Assembly (NCBI GenBank): GCA_965215565.1
Contig: CBDCDZ010000004.1
Location: forward strand, 2,496,001-2,560,000
Length of the DNA stretch: 64,000 nt
From: Trueperaceae bacterium
GTDB lineage: Bacteria > Deinococcota > Deinococci > Deinococcales > Trueperaceae
Reading direction: 5' to 3'
This document shows, piece after piece, positions 17,951 through 28,835 of the stretch. Positions within the stretch are counted from its first letter, which is position 1. The number at the start of each line of letters is the position of its first letter. The translations under genes were made by a program, and so were the position numbers. Below the pieces are notes generated by a model. It was given only the letters and a program-made list of their open reading frames with translations, was not told where the DNA came from and did not search any database.

Positions 17951-20905
17951 GTGGCGAGACGCAAAGTGAAAAAACAACCTGCATTTGACCTAGAAGCTTT
18001 GGGCTTAGTGGTCTTAGCGCTGGGCATTCTGATCATCGGTTTACTTTTACCCGTGTTGCCTACGGGCGCGTTCGGCGCAGCGGTGCGCGAGATGGTGGTG
18101 GGGCGCATCGGCTTGGCGGCGTACCTCTTGCCGTGGCCCCCACTCGTGTTGGGTGGGCTCTTTCTGCTGCGCCAGTACCCTAAAGGGCTGTGGCGGGTGC
18201 TGGCGGGTTACTTCGTCGCCGGGACGGGCGCGTGGGCGCTGCTCGCGTTGGTTCAGCCGAATTTAAGCGGCGCGTGGGGTGTGCTATTCCGGTCGCAAGT
18301 GGCGGGCGCAACGGGCATTCTGGCTTACCTCATCGCGCTTTTAGTGATGAGTTTAGGGCTCGAGCTGCTCCTCGCCCAGCCCCCCACCAGCCTCTTGCGG
18401 CGCGGCGCAACGCGCACCGCGCTCAGCATTCAGCAAGGATTTGGCGCATTGATGAGTGCGCGGCGAGCCGCCAGGGCGAAAGCCGCCTTTCACGCCGACG
18501 TTTCCCTCGTACGCCGCGACCTCAAAGCGCTCGTCAAAGATTTAATTGCCCTGGACGCGCTCTATCCCGGCAGCGCCGAACTCAAGCGGTGGCGCGCGGA
18601 GGTCAAGAAGGCGCAGAAGCGTCTCAGCGGAGCGAACGAGCAGACGCTAGGCGAGGTCAGGCTCGACGTCGAAGCCTGGCAGAGCGCGCTTCAAAGCTTC
18701 GTGCAAGACCGCGCCGCCGACTTAGGAGCGCAACTCCGCGAGGAGGGGCTCTACGACTTTGACGCGCGGCTGCGCGGCGTTAAAGTGCAACTTGACGCGC
18801 CCGTCGAGGGCAAGCTCCGCGCGGCGCGCGCTTTAGATACGGTCCGCAAAGCACTAGCCCTCGATTTGACCGCTCTAAGCGAACGCTACAACCGCTTGAC
18901 CCGCGAGCGCGACCTCGCCGAAGCGCACCTCCAAGAGGTCAGAGCGGGTGAACTCGCCGCGGTACTAGAGGCTCACGCCGCGCGGCTAGCCCAGTACAAA
19001 GAGGTGGCGCGCGCTCGAGACGCTCTGGAGGAGGACGCGGATAAGCTCGAGAGATGGCGCGACCTCATGAGCGACGTGCTGCGCGTCGCGAGCGACCACC
19101 CCGGCGAGAGCGAAGTCGCCGAATACGACGCCTCGCTCACGCAGACCTTACGTGGGGGCGGGCGCGGCGTCCTCACGGAAGAGGAGGCCGAAAGGCAGGG
19201 GGAGGCGCTAACGGAACTCGAGGCGGTTCTGCGCGCGCCCAAAGAAGTCGGAGTCGAGCATGATGCCGGGACAAATAACGCTGGGACAAATGACATTAGG
19301 GCAGATGATATCCGAACAGAAACCGAACAGCTTGAATCTTTGGGCGACACGCCGCCCTGGGAAACCTCGTCACCTGATGGGCATAGTTTCGAGTACGTAG
19401 ACACCTACGATGACGACGAGGAAGGCGACGCCGAACCCATCCCGGAGGTCGGCGGCATACCCATTCAAATCCCCCCTCATAACCTCTTGGACGCACCCGC
19501 GCAGCACCGGGACGATCCCGCCTCTCACTCGCAAGAGGTCCGCAACCGCATCAACAAAATTGACGACACGCTCAATAATTTCAAGCTACAAGGGCGCGTC
19601 GTCGCCTCGGTACGCGGTCCGACTGTGACCCGCTTCGAAGTCGAGCCCGCCCCTGGCGAGAAGATTAGCCGCTTCGCCAACCTCTCGGACGATCTGGCGC
19701 TGGCGATGGCGGTGGGCAGCGTGCGCATCGAAGCGCCGATTCCGGGCAAGAGCGTTATCGGCTTAGAGGTGCCCAACACCAACCGCGACCTCATCAAGTT
19801 TCGCGAGGCGGCCGAGTCGCCGAGTTTCAAACGGAGCAAAAAGCGCCTGCCGCTGATTCTGGGCAAGTCCATCGACGGTGAGATGACAATAGAAGACCTC
19901 GCCAAGATGCCCCACCTCTTGATTGCAGGCTCAACGGGCTCGGGCAAGTCCGTCGCGGTCAACACGCTTATCGGCTCGCTCATCTACAAATTCCTCCCTA
20001 CCGACCTCCGCTTTCTGATGATCGATCCTAAGATGGTCGAGTTGACGCCCTTCGACGGCATCCCGCACCTCTTGCGCCCCGTCGTCACCAACCCGAACGA
20101 CGCGGCGGGCGTGCTTTTAGGCGCAGTCGCCCACATGGAGCGCCGCTACAAGATGATGAGCAAGATCGGCGCGAAGACTTTAGACCAGTACAACCAGAAG
20201 GCGCGCAACCTCGACCTGCCCGAGATGCCCTTTATCGTCATCATCATCGACGAGCTGGCTGACCTCATGATCACGTCGCCCAAAGAGGTCGAGTCCGCCA
20301 TCATGCGCCTCGCGCAGATGGCGCGGGCGACGGGGATGCACCTCGTTCTGGCGACGCAACGCCCGTCGGTGGATATTTTGACCTCGTTAATCAAAGTGAA
20401 CGTGCCTGCGCGCGTGGCCTTCGCCGTATCGTCGGGACATGACTCTCGCACCATCCTCGACACGATGGGCGCGGAGCGTCTCACAGGTATGGGCGACATG
20501 CTCTTCTATCAGCCCGGACTCGTGAAGCCCGTCCGCTTGCAAGGTCCTTTTATCAGTGAAGAGGAGATCGTTACCCTGTCCAACTTCTTGCGCCGTCAAT
20601 ACTTCGACGACGAGTTCGTCGAGGCGTACGGCTCGGACTTCGACCCGCCGCCCTTAGACGACTCGAGCGCCACGGGCATGGTGGACTGGAACGACGACAA
20701 GTTGCGCGAAGCCGCCGAGTTGGTCATCAACGAGGGTCAGGCGAGCGTGTCGCGGCTGCAGCGCCGTTTGAGCGTCGGTCACGCCCGCGCGGGCAAGCTG
20801 ATGGATTCATTGGAGGCGCTAGAGGTGGTAGGTCCGCACATGGGGAGTAAGCCACGGGACGTGCTCGTCGAGTTGGAGGAGTTGCCAAATCTGTTTGGCA
20901 AATAG
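17951..20905 (+). CDS. ftsK: DNA translocase FtsK
   Basis: N-terminal TM segments, coiled-coil linker, GSTGSGKS Walker [27 protein letters not shown]-terminal gamma domain (SVSRLQRRL). Confidence 0.96.
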   Translation: MARRKVKKQPAFDLEALGLVVLALGILIIGLLLPVLPTGAFGAAVREMVVGRIGLAAYLLPWPPLVLGGLFLLRQYPKGLWRVLAGYFVAGTGAWALLALVQPNLSGAWGVLFRSQVAGATGILAYLIALLVMSLGLELLLAQPPTSLLRRGATRTALSIQQGFGALMSARRAARAKAAFHADVSLVRRDLKALVKDLIALDALYPGSAELKRWRAEVKKAQKRLSGANEQTLGEVRLDVEAWQSALQSFVQDRAADLGAQLREEGLYDFDARLRGVKVQLDAPVEGKLRAARALDTVRKALALDLTALSERYNRLTRERDLAEAHLQEVRAGELAAVLEAHAARLAQYKEVARARDALEEDADKLERWRDLMSDVLRVASDHPGESEVAEYDASLTQTLRGGGRGVLTEEEAERQGEALTELEAVLRAPKEVGVEHDAGTNNAGTNDIRADDIRTETEQLESLGDTPPWETSSPDGHSFEYVDTYDDDEEGDAEPIPEVGGIPIQIPPHNLLDAPAQHRDDPASHSQEVRNRINKIDDTLNNFKLQGRVVASVRGPTVTRFEVEPAPGEKISRFANLSDDLALAMAVGSVRIEAPIPGKSVIGLEVPNTNRDLIKFREAAESPSFKRSKKRLPLILGKSIDGEMTIEDLAKMPHLLIAGSTGSGKSVAVNTLIGSLIYKFLPTDLRFLMIDPKMVELTPFDGIPHLLRPVVTNPNDAAGVLLGAVAHMERRYKMMSKIGAKTLDQYNQKARNLDLPEMPFIVIIIDELADLMITSPKEVESAIMRLAQMARATGMHLVLATQRPSVDILTSLIKVNVPARVAFAVSSGHDSRTILDTMGAERLTGMGDMLFYQPGLVKPVRLQGPFISEEEIVTLSNFLRRQYFDDEFVEAYGSDFDPPPLDDSSATGMVDWNDDKLREAAELVINEGQASVSRLQRRLSVGHARAGKLMDSLEALEVVGPHMGSKPRDVLVELEELPNLFGK

Positions 20906-20919
20906 CGCTATAATGACCC

Positions 20920-21514
20920 ATGACGGTTGAGCCAAAACCCCTCGAGATGAGCTATGAGGCGTTTCTCGAGTGGGCGGATGAGGACACGCCAGCGGAGTGG
21001 GTAGATGGTAAGGTCTTTTTGATGAGCCCCCCTCTGACCGTCATCAGGACGTCGCTGACTTTCTCACCGCGCTGATGCGTCACTTCACCGAAGAATACAG
21101 TTTAGGCAAGGTGCGTTCGGCTGCGTTTCAGATGAAGCTCGCTACGTCGGGGCGCGAACCTGACATTCTTTTCGTCTCTCAAGAAAATCTCGGTAGAATC
21201 AAAAGAACCGCCTCGTCGGTCCTGCTGACCTCGCCGTTGAAATTATCAGCCCCGAAAGCCGCAAGAGAGACCGAAAAGTGAAGTTTTTCGAATACGAACA
21301 AGCAGGCGTCAAGGAGTACTGGCTGGTTGACCCTGAACGAGAGCAAGCGGAGTTCTACCGGCTGGACGAACGCGAAAGTTATCAAGTTGTTGCGTTGAAT
21401 GAAGGCGTCTTTCGCAGTGAGGTGTTGACCGGGCTCGAGCTTGACACCGCATGGTTATGGCAAGAGCCGCTGCCGCCACTCATGTTCGTATTAAAGGCGT
21501 GGGGCTTAGTTTAG
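20920..21514 (+). pseudogene. Uma2 family endonuclease with two apparent 1-bp deletions (or sequencing errors)
   Basis: MTVEPKPLEMSYEAFLEW..EWVDG..MSP / HQD...REPD / GPADLAVEIISPES..RD..K..YEQAGVKEYWLVDP lie in three frames; breaks near 21030 and 21203. Confidence 0.8.
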
Positions 21515-21571
21515 CCACCTCGCCGGACGCTCGAGCCGTTTCACATCGTCCTCGAGCGACGCTCATACAAG

Positions 21572-21730
21572 TAGCAGTTCCAAAACATATTGAGACGGAT
21601 AAGCGTAGATCTCTGTCCGCAAGGACTAGCGGGATTTCATCTCAGAACGCGCGTGCTATATGGTGTTCTAAAAAGTGAGAGTGTTTCTAACCAGCTCCGA
21701 ACGAAGTGAGACAGGCTTTGATACCTGCTA
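21572..21730 (+). repeat. Repeat family A, copy 2 (long variant)
   Basis: TAGCAGTTCC ... GCGTGCTA ... AGTGAGAGTG ... ACCAGCTCCGAACGAAGTGAGACAGGCTTTGATACCTGCTA. Confidence 0.8.
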
Positions 21731-21964
21731 AAGGAACCTAACGAGAGCGTCTGCAATGCTCTTGCAAGTTCTCATGAGAAGAATATCTGCGCCATTCCAA
21801 TTCGGCGTTTAGGTTAGTTGTTATACTCACGCGGGGGCTCATTCTATGAACCTGCTCACCACACAACGGCGCAAGAGACGCTGCAAAGTAAAGACTTGAA
21901 GACATTAGCGACGCTCGAGCAAGCCGCTCCTCTCGGCGTTGCTCGCCGCGCAAGAAGGACACAC

Positions 21965-22843
21965 ATGTACCTCGATGTAACCCACATCACCGAATACAGC
22001 TACGGCAAGCCTGCCTGGGACTCGTTCAACGAACTCTGGCTGCGCCCCGCCGACGACTTCCGCCAGACGCTCTTAGCCTTTGAACTCGCCATCAGCCCGA
22101 AAGCGCCCGTGCGCAGCCGCAAGGACTACTACGACAACCTCATCCACCACTTTCATCTACCGAACGACCACACCGAGCTGCGCATCGAGGCACATTCTCA
22201 AGTTTTGACCTACCCGACGCCTGCGCCCCTGGCGGTCTCGGCGGAGACTCTGCCCGAGTTGCGCCACCGCTTCTTTGAATACTTAGCGCCCACGAAGCGC
22301 GTGTCGATGAACCGCAACTGGCCCGGCGTCTTCGGCGCACTGCCTCTTAAAAAAGACGACAACATCGTCACCTACTTAAATAACCTCAATACCTACCTCA
22401 ACAACCACTTCATCTACAAGCCGAACGCCACGCGCGTCGACACGCCGCTCGTCGAGTTCGCCGAGAACAGCACGGGCGTCTGTCAGGACTTCGCCCACGC
22501 CATGCTCGCCCTGTGCCGCACCGCGAACATCCCCGCCCGTTACGTTTCGGGTTACATCCACAGCAACCCGAACGCGCCCGACGAAACGCTCCTCGGCGCG
22601 GCGGCGTCGCACGCCTGGATCGAGGCGTTTATACCGGGCAGCGGCTGGGTCGGCTTTGACCCCACCAACGGCTGCCAAGTGACCGAAGCGCACATCAAAA
22701 TCGGCGTCGGGCGCGACTACGACGACTTGCCACCCGTACGTGGGCTACGGCGCGGCGGCGCGAACTCGTCATTAAACGTCGAGGTGCACGTGCGCAAGTC
22801 CCAAGAGATGCAGGTGAAAGCCGAGGGGGTCTCGAGGCTGTGA
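21965..22843 (+). CDS. Transglutaminase-like family protein
   Basis: H.TEYSY N-terminal domain; catalytic GVCQDFAH, ARYVSGY, SHAW.E, FDPTN. Start at ATG 21965 after AAGGA. Confidence 0.92.
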   Translation: MYLDVTHITEYSYGKPAWDSFNELWLRPADDFRQTLLAFELAISPKAPVRSRKDYYDNLIHHFHLPNDHTELRIEAHSQVLTYPTPAPLAVSAETLPELRHRFFEYLAPTKRVSMNRNWPGVFGALPLKKDDNIVTYLNNLNTYLNNHFIYKPNATRVDTPLVEFAENSTGVCQDFAHAMLALCRTANIPARYVSGYIHSNPNAPDETLLGAAASHAWIEAFIPGSGWVGFDPTNGCQVTEAHIKIGVGRDYDDLPPVRGLRRGGANSSLNVEVHVRKSQEMQVKAEGVSRL

Positions 22844-22851
22844 CGTTTACC

Positions 22852-22940
22852 GGTGTACCACAGTTTGTGGTTTAGCTTCGGTGAAGCGGGTGCAACCGCT
22901 CCCCGATACAGCAGATATCCACAAACTGGGACACCTTTTT
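22852..22940. repeat. Long intergenic stem-loop between convergent genes
   Basis: GGTGTACCACAGTTTGTGG ... CCACAAACTGGGACACC-TTTTT, with an inner AGCGG/CCGCT hairpin. Confidence 0.6.
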
Positions 22941-22945
22941 GATTT

Positions 22946-23457
22946 TCAGCCGAGCGTCTCAGCGTAACGCTCATATGCCCGCTTCACTTTGGGGTCGAAG
23001 CAGACTAAATAGATTTCAGATGGACACGTGTCGTGAGATTTGCAAAACTCGAGCACGCTGTCAATGGCGACTTTCGCAGCCTGATCAATCGGGAAGCGGT
23101 ACGCGCCGCAACTGATGGCGGGGAAGGCGATGCTACGCACGCTGTGCTGTTTTGCAAGCTCTAGAGACCTCTTATAGCACCTCGCCAAAAGCGCGTGCTC
23201 GTCATTATCGCCCCGCGCCACACCGGACCCACCGCGTGAATCACGTACTTGGCGGGCAGCTTAAACCCGTCTGTGATGACCGCCTCGCCCGCCGAGATAG
23301 GACCCAGCTTGCGGCTCGCATGGACGAGTTCTGGACCCGCCGCACGGTTGATGGCTCCGTCCACGCCGCCCCCACCGCTAAGGGCGGAATTCGCCGCGTT
23401 GACAATCGCGTCCACTTCTAACTTAGCGATGTCGTCACTCACGATCTCGAGCCTCAT
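22946..23457 (-). pseudogene. Macro-domain O-acetyl-ADP-ribose deacetylase (YmdB-like) with a 1-bp frameshift
   Basis: [24 protein letters not shown] in one frame and LARCY..SIAFPAISCGAYRFP in another; break in a G run near 23212. Confidence 0.85.
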
Positions 23458-23466
23458 AAGGTCAGT

Positions 23467-24591
23467 TTACCGCTTCCACTCCTCGTAACGCGCCGCTACA
23501 AACCTCTCCAAGTTCTCTTTGAAATGCTCCTGATTAAAGGTGAGCGCGTGCGAGCGAATCTCGGCGGGCGCGAACCTCTCGCGATGCTCTTCAAACCGTT
23601 CAACCGCGCCAATGAGTGAAGAGGCTTCTTGCGACTCGTAAAATACACCTGTCGGAGTGTCTGTATCCAAACCCTTGACCGTCTCCAACACCCCACCCTT
23701 GCCGAACGCAATCACAGGCGTCCCGCACGCTTGCGCCTCCACGGGCACGATGCCGAAGTCCTCTTCCGCCGCGAACACAAAAGCTTTGGCGCGCTGCATG
23801 TGGTCTTTCAAAACGTCGAACGGCTGATAGCCCATGAGCGTGACGTTCAGCTCCGCAGATTTCTGAATCTTGGCAAAGTCGGGTCCGTCACCGATCACGA
23901 CGAGCCTTTTGTCCGGCATCTGCGCGAAGGCTTGGACGATGAGGTCGATTTTCTTATAGGGAACCATCCTCGAGGCGGTGAAGTAAAAGTCCTCTTTCTG
24001 CTCTCGCAATTCAAATGAAGAGGTATCGACAGGCGGGTAGATCACCTCCGCTTCGCGCCGATAGACCTTCCAGACGCGCCGCGCGATAAAGTCCGAATTG
24101 GCAACGAAGTGGTCTACCCCGTTCGGCGTGCGGCTGTCCCAGAGCCGCACACGGTGGAGCATATAACGCGCCGCCCAACCTTTGAGCCCTCTCTCCAAAT
24201 TCGCCTCCCGCAGGTATTGATGCTGCAAATCCCAGGCGTAGCGAATCGGCGAATGCACGTACGAGATGTGAAGCTGGTCGGGTCCGGTGATGACGCCTTT
24301 GGCGACGGCGTGGGAACTTGACAGCACGAGGTCATAACGTGACAGGTCAAACTGCTCCACTGCGAGGGGCATGAGCGGTAAGAACTGCCGGTAGCGCTTT
24401 TCGGCAAAGGGCAGGCGCTGGATAAAAGAGGTCTGCACAGGTTTATTCTGGATGAAGTCGCGCTCACCCTCTGGCAGAAAATCTACCAAACTAAAGAGGT
24501 CTGCGTCCGGGTAGACATGGAGCATCTGCTCCAAGACCCGCTCGGCTCCGGCGTAGGTGACGAGCCAGTCCACAACGATGGCGACTTTCAT
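23467..24591 (-). CDS. Glycosyltransferase family 4 (WbaZ-like)
   Basis: MKVAIVVDWL..GAERV; SRMVPYK; EDFGIVPVEAQACG. Start overlaps the upstream stop (ATGA). Confidence 0.92.
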   Translation of the reverse strand: MKVAIVVDWLVTYAGAERVLEQMLHVYPDADLFSLVDFLPEGERDFIQNKPVQTSFIQRLPFAEKRYRQFLPLMPLAVEQFDLSRYDLVLSSSHAVAKGVITGPDQLHISYVHSPIRYAWDLQHQYLREANLERGLKGWAARYMLHRVRLWDSRTPNGVDHFVANSDFIARRVWKVYRREAEVIYPPVDTSSFELREQKEDFYFTASRMVPYKKIDLIVQAFAQMPDKRLVVIGDGPDFAKIQKSAELNVTLMGYQPFDVLKDHMQRAKAFVFAAEEDFGIVPVEAQACGTPVIAFGKGGVLETVKGLDTDTPTGVFYESQEASSLIGAVERFEEHRERFAPAEIRSHALTFNQEHFKENLERFVAARYEEWKR

Positions 24592-25676
24592 GCAGGTAAC
24601 ATCCTCTCCAAAACCTCCAACGTCTTCTGCGCGCACGCTTCCCACGTAAAGCGTTTCGCACGCTCTAATCCCTTTCGTCTAAGCGACGTTCGTAACGCTT
24701 CATCCTCCATGAGCAAGACGAGCTTCTCCGCGATGTCCTCCGGGCTGTGCGGATCGCAGTAGAGCGCGGCGTCGCCGCAGGCTTCGGGCAGCGAGGCGGC
24801 GTTTGAAACCAGCGCGGGGCAGCCGCACGCCATCGCCTCCAGAGGTGGCAAGCCGAATCCTTCATAGAATGAGGGCAGCGCGAGCGCGTCCGCGTGCTTG
24901 ACGAACTGCTTCAAGAGGTCATCTCGGACGAAACCCGTAAAGTGAACCCGCGCCCCCAACGCTTCCGCCTTCGCCGCTACCGCTTCATCCGCCGTGATGA
25001 GCCCCTCGCGCCGCCCGACGATGACGAGGTCATGCGGGATTCGGTGCTGCGCAAGCTCCAGCGCTCGGATCAGCCCGCCTACATTCTTGTGCGGCTTGAC
25101 GCTGCCGACGAAGAGAATGTAGGGATTTTCGTAAGGACGCGGCGCTTTACCAACGCTGAACCAGGCTCCGTCCACCCCGATGTGGATGGGCGTCACCGCT
25201 TGCTTGCCCCGCCCCGTCAAGCGGAGGAGTTCATCTTTGCTGAACTCGGACACCGTCACGATGGCGTCCGCCTTCTGCCGCACGGCGCGAAACATTCCTC
25301 TGGCGTAGAGCTTTTTGGGCACGCTCATGTCCGACTGGACGAGGTGAAACACGTCGTGGACGGTGACGAGGAGCTTGCCACTGTATCTATTAGGGTAAAA
25401 GATGGGGACGTTGTAGTGCGGGGACCAGAAGAGGTCCGTTTCCGGGGGCGTCTTTTGAGCAAGCTCGAGCTGCTCTTTCACTGAATAAAGAGGTGAATTG
25501 CAATCCGTTATCGTGACGTTGGGGGCGTCCGTCCAGGTGAGGCTCGAGAGGTCAGCCGCAGACCCTAAGAGGTGAAACGCCAGTTCGGGTTTCGCCGCGA
25601 TCAACCTCGGCAAGAGGTTTTGGATGTAGGTGCCGATGCCCGAATTATGCAAGGCGCGAACGTCAACGGTGAGCAT
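24588..25676 (-). CDS. Glycosyltransferase family 4 (mannosyltransferase-like)
   Basis: SGIGTY, TVHD, KPHKN, EGFGLPPLEAMACG motifs. Confidence 0.92.
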   Translation of the reverse strand: MLTVDVRALHNSGIGTYIQNLLPRLIAAKPELAFHLLGSAADLSSLTWTDAPNVTITDCNSPLYSVKEQLELAQKTPPETDLFWSPHYNVPIFYPNRYSGKLLVTVHDVFHLVQSDMSVPKKLYARGMFRAVRQKADAIVTVSEFSKDELLRLTGRGKQAVTPIHIGVDGAWFSVGKAPRPYENPYILFVGSVKPHKNVGGLIRALELAQHRIPHDLVIVGRREGLITADEAVAAKAEALGARVHFTGFVRDDLLKQFVKHADALALPSFYEGFGLPPLEAMACGCPALVSNAASLPEACGDAALYCDPHSPEDIAEKLVLLMEDEALRTSLRRKGLERAKRFTWEACAQKTLEVLERMLPA

Positions 25677-27009
25677 CTAAATCTCTCGAGTTCGCAAATG
25701 TATTCGCCGTCGCAGAGGAATACCTCATCAGATACGTTGCCAACGCGAGCACCGGAAAGAGCCAGAACTGGTAGAAGAGCACGTTGTTGAATTGGCTCGC
25801 GAAGGCGGTAATCACGACGAGGTAGAGTAGGAAGTAGCGAAAGCAGCGTTCTACAAAAGTACGTTCTCCTAACGCTTTCTTGCGAAACCGCCGCCACAGC
25901 GTCACGCCCCACCAAAAGACCAAAGCCACGATAAAGAGCGTCCCCACCGCGCCGAAACTCACTAGAATCACCTGCAACGACGAATCTAAAGAGGTGAGCC
26001 CTCGCGCCCGCTGCGCGTAAATCAAGAGGTAGTTGTAACCCACGCCGAAAAGAGGCTGCTCGGCGAAGAGGTCAAAACCCAGCTCGAACGAACTGAAGCG
26101 AGCTTGCGCCGAGGCGTCGGTGCTCACGGCGGCGATGCGAGACCACGTGCGCGTAAGGGCGCTCAAGTAGACCGGACTCGCGAGCGCGAAGAGGAAGAGC
26201 GCCGCAGGGACGACGATGAGCAGTGAGCGCTTAACGCGCCGCTTCGTCAAAAGGTGCAGTGCGCCCGAGAGAGCGAACACGCCCACCGCAGCAGCTAGGG
26301 TAGCGATACCGCTACGAGAGCCCGTCAGCACTACCGACACCGCGAAGAGCCCCGCGAGCAGGAGGTAGCGCGTCTTCCAAACGCGCTGATACGCTAAAAC
26401 GCTTAAAGTAAAAGGAAACACCGCAATCGCCCCGTAATAGTTCGGGTCAAAGTAGGGCGAGACGAGCCGCCGCTGGTGCGGGTCACCGAAAAACTCGACG
26501 CCGAAGCCCCGTAAGAACACCCAGAGGTCACGGGAGTCTGGAAACATCACGTAGATCACAAAGGCTAGCAGCGCGACGCAGAGGTACGTGATGAGAAAAT
26601 AGTTGAGAACGCCCAAGAGGTCCTGCCGAAAGAAACTGAAGAGGTAGTAGCCAGCCGTGAGCCCCGCCGCGAGGAGGAGCAGCAGCCGCACGCTGTAGAG
26701 GAGCGCCGACGCGCTGAACCCGTTCAGCATCGCGCCGTACACCGACGACGCGGCGAGAAAGAGCGCAAAGGGCAACAGGCTCTTCAAGTTGAAGAGGAAC
26801 AGCTTACGGTGAAACATCGAGCAGCCAACCGTGAGCCCGTAGAGCCCGAACTCTCCGAGCGAGAGGTTGTCCGCTCCCGGTGAAGTGGGGATAATCCGTG
26901 TGCTATTACCTAAAACGAGGTAGAGAAACGAAAACGCCAGAAAAGCGTGCGGCAGCCGGAGCGCGTAGCCCGCCTCCGACTTGCGGAGCCCGCGAAGATA
27001 GAGCGTCAC
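25663..27009 (-). CDS. O-antigen ligase / Wzy polymerase family protein
   Basis: Many TM helices; DPNYYG, LTGSRSG, PLFGVG motifs; GTG start overlaps the upstream stop (GTGA). Confidence 0.8.
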   Translation of the reverse strand: MTLYLRGLRKSEAGYALRLPHAFLAFSFLYLVLGNSTRIIPTSPGADNLSLGEFGLYGLTVGCSMFHRKLFLFNLKSLLPFALFLAASSVYGAMLNGFSASALLYSVRLLLLLAAGLTAGYYLFSFFRQDLLGVLNYFLITYLCVALLAFVIYVMFPDSRDLWVFLRGFGVEFFGDPHQRRLVSPYFDPNYYGAIAVFPFTLSVLAYQRVWKTRYLLLAGLFAVSVVLTGSRSGIATLAAAVGVFALSGALHLLTKRRVKRSLLIVVPAALFLFALASPVYLSALTRTWSRIAAVSTDASAQARFSSFELGFDLFAEQPLFGVGYNYLLIYAQRARGLTSLDSSLQVILVSFGAVGTLFIVALVFWWGVTLWRRFRKKALGERTFVERCFRYFLLYLVVITAFASQFNNVLFYQFWLFPVLALATYLMRYSSATANTFANSRDLDAHR

Positions 27010-27932
27010 GCGCTCGCCCGTTTCGGTCTGAAAGACTCCAAGACGAGCCTGAGAATCATCGGGATGCGCGCCCACTGCTTGCGCTGCACGCGCTTGGCGA
27101 GGGTGACGAGCAGCCCTAAGTATACGCTCGGCAAAGCCTCGGGCGCGTGCTTGCGCGTATACAGCAGACGGTTGCGGACGCCGTAGTAGTCCGCCAAGCG
27201 GCTCTTTTTCGCGCCGTCGCTGGACGAGCCTATAGACCCGCCCTCCTTGTGATAGACGACGCTCTCGGGTGCAAACGCGAGCGCGTAGCGCCCTTTCGCC
27301 CGCGCCGCCCAGTCCACCTCTTCGAAGTAGAGAAAGTAGTCTTCGGACATGAGCCCGACCTCATCTAAAAAAGACCTCGAGACCAAACACGACGCCCCTA
27401 CCAGATAGTCCAGTTGCGCCTCGACCTCTTCCGCGTCAACCTCTTCACCTCTTGGCGCGTCTTGACCGATGTGACGCGACGTGGAGAGCCATTTGTTATA
27501 CGTCGCGCCGCCGTACGCCTGAATCCTGCTCCTATCGTGATGATAGACGAGCGTGGAGCCGCAGAGCCCCGCCTCCGGTTTCTCCTGCATCCGCTTCACA
27601 AGCTGCGTGAGTGCGCCCGGCTCAACTAAGGTGTCGTTATTGAGGAGCCAAGCGTAGTCCGCGTCACGCTCTAACGCATAGCGGAGACCGACGTTCGTCC
27701 CGCCAGCAAAGCCCAAGTTCGCCCCGCTCTGGATGATGACGTGCTGCGGATAGCACCCCTTCAAGACCTCTTCTGAGCTGTCCGAGGAGTCGTTATCCAC
27801 CACAACGACTTCGAAGTTGAGATACTCGAGCCCTTTTAGCGACTCGAGACAGTCTAGCGTGTCCGCCAGCCCGTTCCAGTTGAGGATGACGATGAAGACT
27901 TTGGGCGCAACTTGAAATTGAGATTCAGACAC
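27006..27932 (-). CDS. Glycosyltransferase family 2 (WbbL-like)
   Basis: IILNWNG-like start, NLGFAGG.N, LLNNDT, YFLYFEEVDW motifs. Confidence 0.9.
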   Translation of the reverse strand: MSESQFQVAPKVFIVILNWNGLADTLDCLESLKGLEYLNFEVVVVDNDSSDSSEEVLKGCYPQHVIIQSGANLGFAGGTNVGLRYALERDADYAWLLNNDTLVEPGALTQLVKRMQEKPEAGLCGSTLVYHHDRSRIQAYGGATYNKWLSTSRHIGQDAPRGEEVDAEEVEAQLDYLVGASCLVSRSFLDEVGLMSEDYFLYFEEVDWAARAKGRYALAFAPESVVYHKEGGSIGSSSDGAKKSRLADYYGVRNRLLYTRKHAPEALPSVYLGLLVTLAKRVQRKQWARIPMILRLVLESFRPKRASA

Positions 27933-28809
27933 GCTTGCCCATCTTTCCCGCTAAGCCGTGCAGAAGTCCTTGCGCCACCGCTTCTAACTTCTCCCGTTTA
28001 CGCTTTTCGACTAGAATAATCTTGCTGATTTCTTTAAGAAAACCGAGCATGTCTCGCAGCACCCAGCGCGGTTCTGAGGTGAAATAACGGCGGTAGACCG
28101 TCAGACGATTTCTCGAGCTGTAATAGCGGCGTAAAGAACTGTGGTTCGTGGCGTGAAAGGTGAGACCGAACCTCTTATACTTCTCCGTCTCGCCTAAGTT
28201 GTGCTTCAGGATGGCGGTGCGGGACTCGAGCACTCCGAACCCCTCACGCCGAGCGCGCAAGCAAAATTCGTGGTCTACGTAGTCGATGAAGAGGTCTTCC
28301 TCGAACAGTCCTGTTTTAGCGAGCGCATCCGCTTTCACTAAATTTCCTGACGTCATCGTTGAGACAATCTCTTGACAAGGTTCGCCGCTCGGCTCACCGT
28401 GCTGGAACACCGTACCCGTTGTCTCGTCGCGGTAGACGGGGGAGAGGATGGCGATGTGCTCTCTGTTCGAATAAGCGTTATAAGCCTCCAACAACCTCTC
28501 CACAAATTCAGGCGGCGGCTTGCTGTCTTGGTCAAATGTAGCAATCCACGTGTAACCCTGTTCTAAAGCGTACTTAATACCGATATTGAGCGCGGCGGCG
28601 ATACCTAAGTTCTCTTGATTGTAGAACACTTTGACGCCGCATTCTTCTATCTGTTGGATGGGTCCCAGGTTTGCGGAGCCGTTATCCACGACGACGACCT
28701 CTTGCACTTGAGGGCGTAGGGCGGTGACGTTCTCGAGTAGCCCCTCACCCGGGTTAAACGTCACGACGACGGCGCAGACATCGCGGTCAGGATTTGCAAA
28801 TAGAGTCAC
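27925..28809 (-). CDS. Glycosyltransferase family 2 (RfbF rhamnosyltransferase-like)
   Basis: VVTFNP, NLGIAAALN.G, FDQDS, FIDYVDHEFCLR, RRYY..RN motifs. Confidence 0.88.
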   Translation of the reverse strand: MTLFANPDRDVCAVVVTFNPGEGLLENVTALRPQVQEVVVVDNGSANLGPIQQIEECGVKVFYNQENLGIAAALNIGIKYALEQGYTWIATFDQDSKPPPEFVERLLEAYNAYSNREHIAILSPVYRDETTGTVFQHGEPSGEPCQEIVSTMTSGNLVKADALAKTGLFEEDLFIDYVDHEFCLRARREGFGVLESRTAILKHNLGETEKYKRFGLTFHATNHSSLRRYYSSRNRLTVYRRYFTSEPRWVLRDMLGFLKEISKIILVEKRKREKLEAVAQGLLHGLAGKMGKRV

Positions 28810-28835
28810 ATTTACCTACACACCGCGAGAAGAGG

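Noticed and set aside
19260..19330. Decayed 15-bp tandem repeats in ftsK ([20 protein letters not shown])
   Set aside because: Ordinary low-complexity linker expansion; the frame is preserved.
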